64,000 nucleotides of DNA, from the NCBI GenBank assembly GCA_013265495.1, contig MU063315.1, positions 434,001-498,000 of the forward strand, in the 5' to 3' direction. The notes beneath the pieces were generated by a model. It was not told the origin of the DNA. It saw nothing but the letters and a program-made list of their open reading frames with translations, and did not search any database. The translations under genes and the position numbers were made by a program. Below are positions 62,001 to 64,000 of this stretch, one piece after another; within the stretch, counting starts at the first letter, position 1, and the number at the start of each line of letters is the position of its first letter. The stretch is from Vicugna vicugna (Eukaryota).

Positions 62001-64000
62001 TACTAGAAACTGCTAACTGAGTTAACCACACTGAGAAGACAACCTGGTGTTTCAACAGTCCTCCTTATGTACAAATATAACGTTCATCCTTACTTCATTC
62101 AACAAGTATGTATCGAAACCTGCTCTGAATTAGGCACTGTGTTAGGCTCTGGGTAGAATGAACAGGTGTAAGTTTCAGAGAAGTTAGTAAAACGGATCCC
62201 CGAATAGTCAACTTCCATGCACCGTGATGAGTTTGGTGACACAAAGAATAATATGAACTTATAGGAAGTACTCAACCTTGTTTCAGGAATTTGTGAAGAC
62301 TTCTCAGAGAGTGACTGAGATGCATGAGCCTGTACAAAAACAGCGGAAGAACGGAGGTGATGAGAGTACATTGTAGGTGGACGGACAGCTTAAACCCTAG
62401 AGAAAGCCTGCTCATCATGGGTCTACACAGCTGCCGTGAGGAAATTATACGCTGCAAATGCACCTGCTCATTCCCCTAGGTTTGTAGCTCACTGACCCCT
62501 CTGGATCCCTCAGGCACTCTTGTTTTTACTTGCATCTGGACTCAGTTTTAGCAGATCACTTTATGATCCCCCAGCTCCGTGTTTCTTCCACCTGCTCCAG
62601 CTTTGAGATCGTGCCTGTTCCTCCTGGTGTCTGACAACGGTTCATGGCCCTTCGCTGGCTTCCTTCTTGTGCACTGCTCTTGGCACAAAAACAGAGAGGC
62701 CCGGCTGTGGCACCTGGTCATACAGTTGGCCACCAGACACCATCCAAGAAGCTGGGGAGTTATAAATGGTCCTGATGTCCTGAATCTAGGCGCCTTTTTA
62801 TTCTTTTCTTAATTGAGGAGTCGTGTTTGAAGTTCCTTCTTTATGCCAGGCAGCATCATAGATACAGGGGAATCAAAATAGCCTGTCCTTCAGGGACTCG
62901 TTATCTGGCTGGGAAAGTGACATGAAGACAAATGCACAGCACAGCGAGAGAGGTGCTGATGAAACACTGTGCAAAGCTCTAGTATCGCAGAGATGATTCT
63001 TATCTAGCAGTCAGCTTATTAATGCAGATTAATAAGAGGACAGTTGAGCATATATAACACAAATGCCTGTATCAGGCACCCCAGTGTTACTATTTTCTGC
63101 TTTATTTATGGTTAAATCAAACCTTTTATATTCCAGAAATGGTCTTAGAATATGAGAAGCTTTCTTGACCCTGGATTTCAGATATATGATTCAGACTATT
63201 TGATTCTAATGTAATAGCTCACATTTTATTTTTTGAACAGAACTCCATCTGTTTTCGAGGAAAGAAGAGAAACTCCATCTTTGTGGGAAGGCGTATTATA
63301 AACCTTGAACAAAGAAAGTGACATAATGAAATAGATTCATTCATTAAAATACGATATTGTATGCAATTCTCCCATGACATTTTATTCACGTTGATTTATC
63401 TTTTTAAAAGGATGAATTCTGGAATGAGCTACAATTTATTTAAAAGAAATAGCTCCTAATTCACATGACTTGTCATCATTTGGCACTGGGAGATGAATAA
63501 CTAAATTCCTATGCTGTATTTAATGCCTCGTGAGGTGCCGAGGCAATTGAAATGGATGGCGTGGTCCCTGTCCTCAAGGAACTGTCACTCTAGTCACAGA
63601 GATACAAATTGTTCTGGTGCAGTACGGGGAAGGGCTCTCCTCGGTCAGGGTGGGGTTTGGGAGTAGGGGGTGCCATGGAAGTGTTTCTGGACCGGTTTTT
63701 TTGACCTCCCATCTTTATTCGTCTCTTTGGTCAGTGGTTTGGGTTAGTTTTATAGATGCAACGTGCATATGTGGAGTTTGGAAGAGAACCAATTTAAAAC
63801 CAGCATATGGACAAGTTTACTTACCCTGATGTGTGAGGGTTGTGGAAAGCAAAGAGGACCCAGCCCTTTTGGTTCTTCTTTAAAATAAGTGGCCGGTAAC
63901 ACTTGAAGGGAAGGTTAAAATGGCAGGGCAGCTCTGACTCGCATACCGTGACCGGCTGGGAAGGGAGGAGGATGAGGCGGGCAGACAAACAGAGATGAAG

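Overview
Mammalian genomic DNA, most likely from a camelid: four tRNA-Ala(AGC)-derived SINEs match the camelid Vic-1-type pattern, and I saw no Alu, Bov-tA, PRE-1 or Can-SINE. The whole window lies inside GRM5 (metabotropic glutamate receptor 5), transcribed on the minus strand. Four internal coding exons have canonical AG/GT boundaries and join in frame: 35038-34803 (236 nt), 11432-11186 (247 nt), 4646-4478 (169 nt) and 849-723 (127 nt). They encode about residues 304-564, the second half of the Venus-flytrap domain and most of the cysteine-rich domain. The rest is intron, filled with old MIR, L2, L1M, MLT1 and MER relics, a few younger SINE/L1 insertions, two minisatellites, microsatellites and two N gaps. 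I found no demonstrable new gene or system. The best leads are: (i) a young 41-bp inverted copy of part of a CpG-rich MLT1 LTR carrying a CRE; (ii) a motif-dense, repeat-poor 2-kb block upstream of the 236-nt exon that could be an enhancer or internal promoter; (iii) a latent in-frame donor 18 nt into that exon; (iv) a weak donor after the cysteine-rich exon whose read-through would give a soluble ectodomain; (v) a 29-bp VNTR with 58-bp higher-order structure. Repeat family names and residue numbers are from memory, not database searches, and old-repeat boundaries are approximate.
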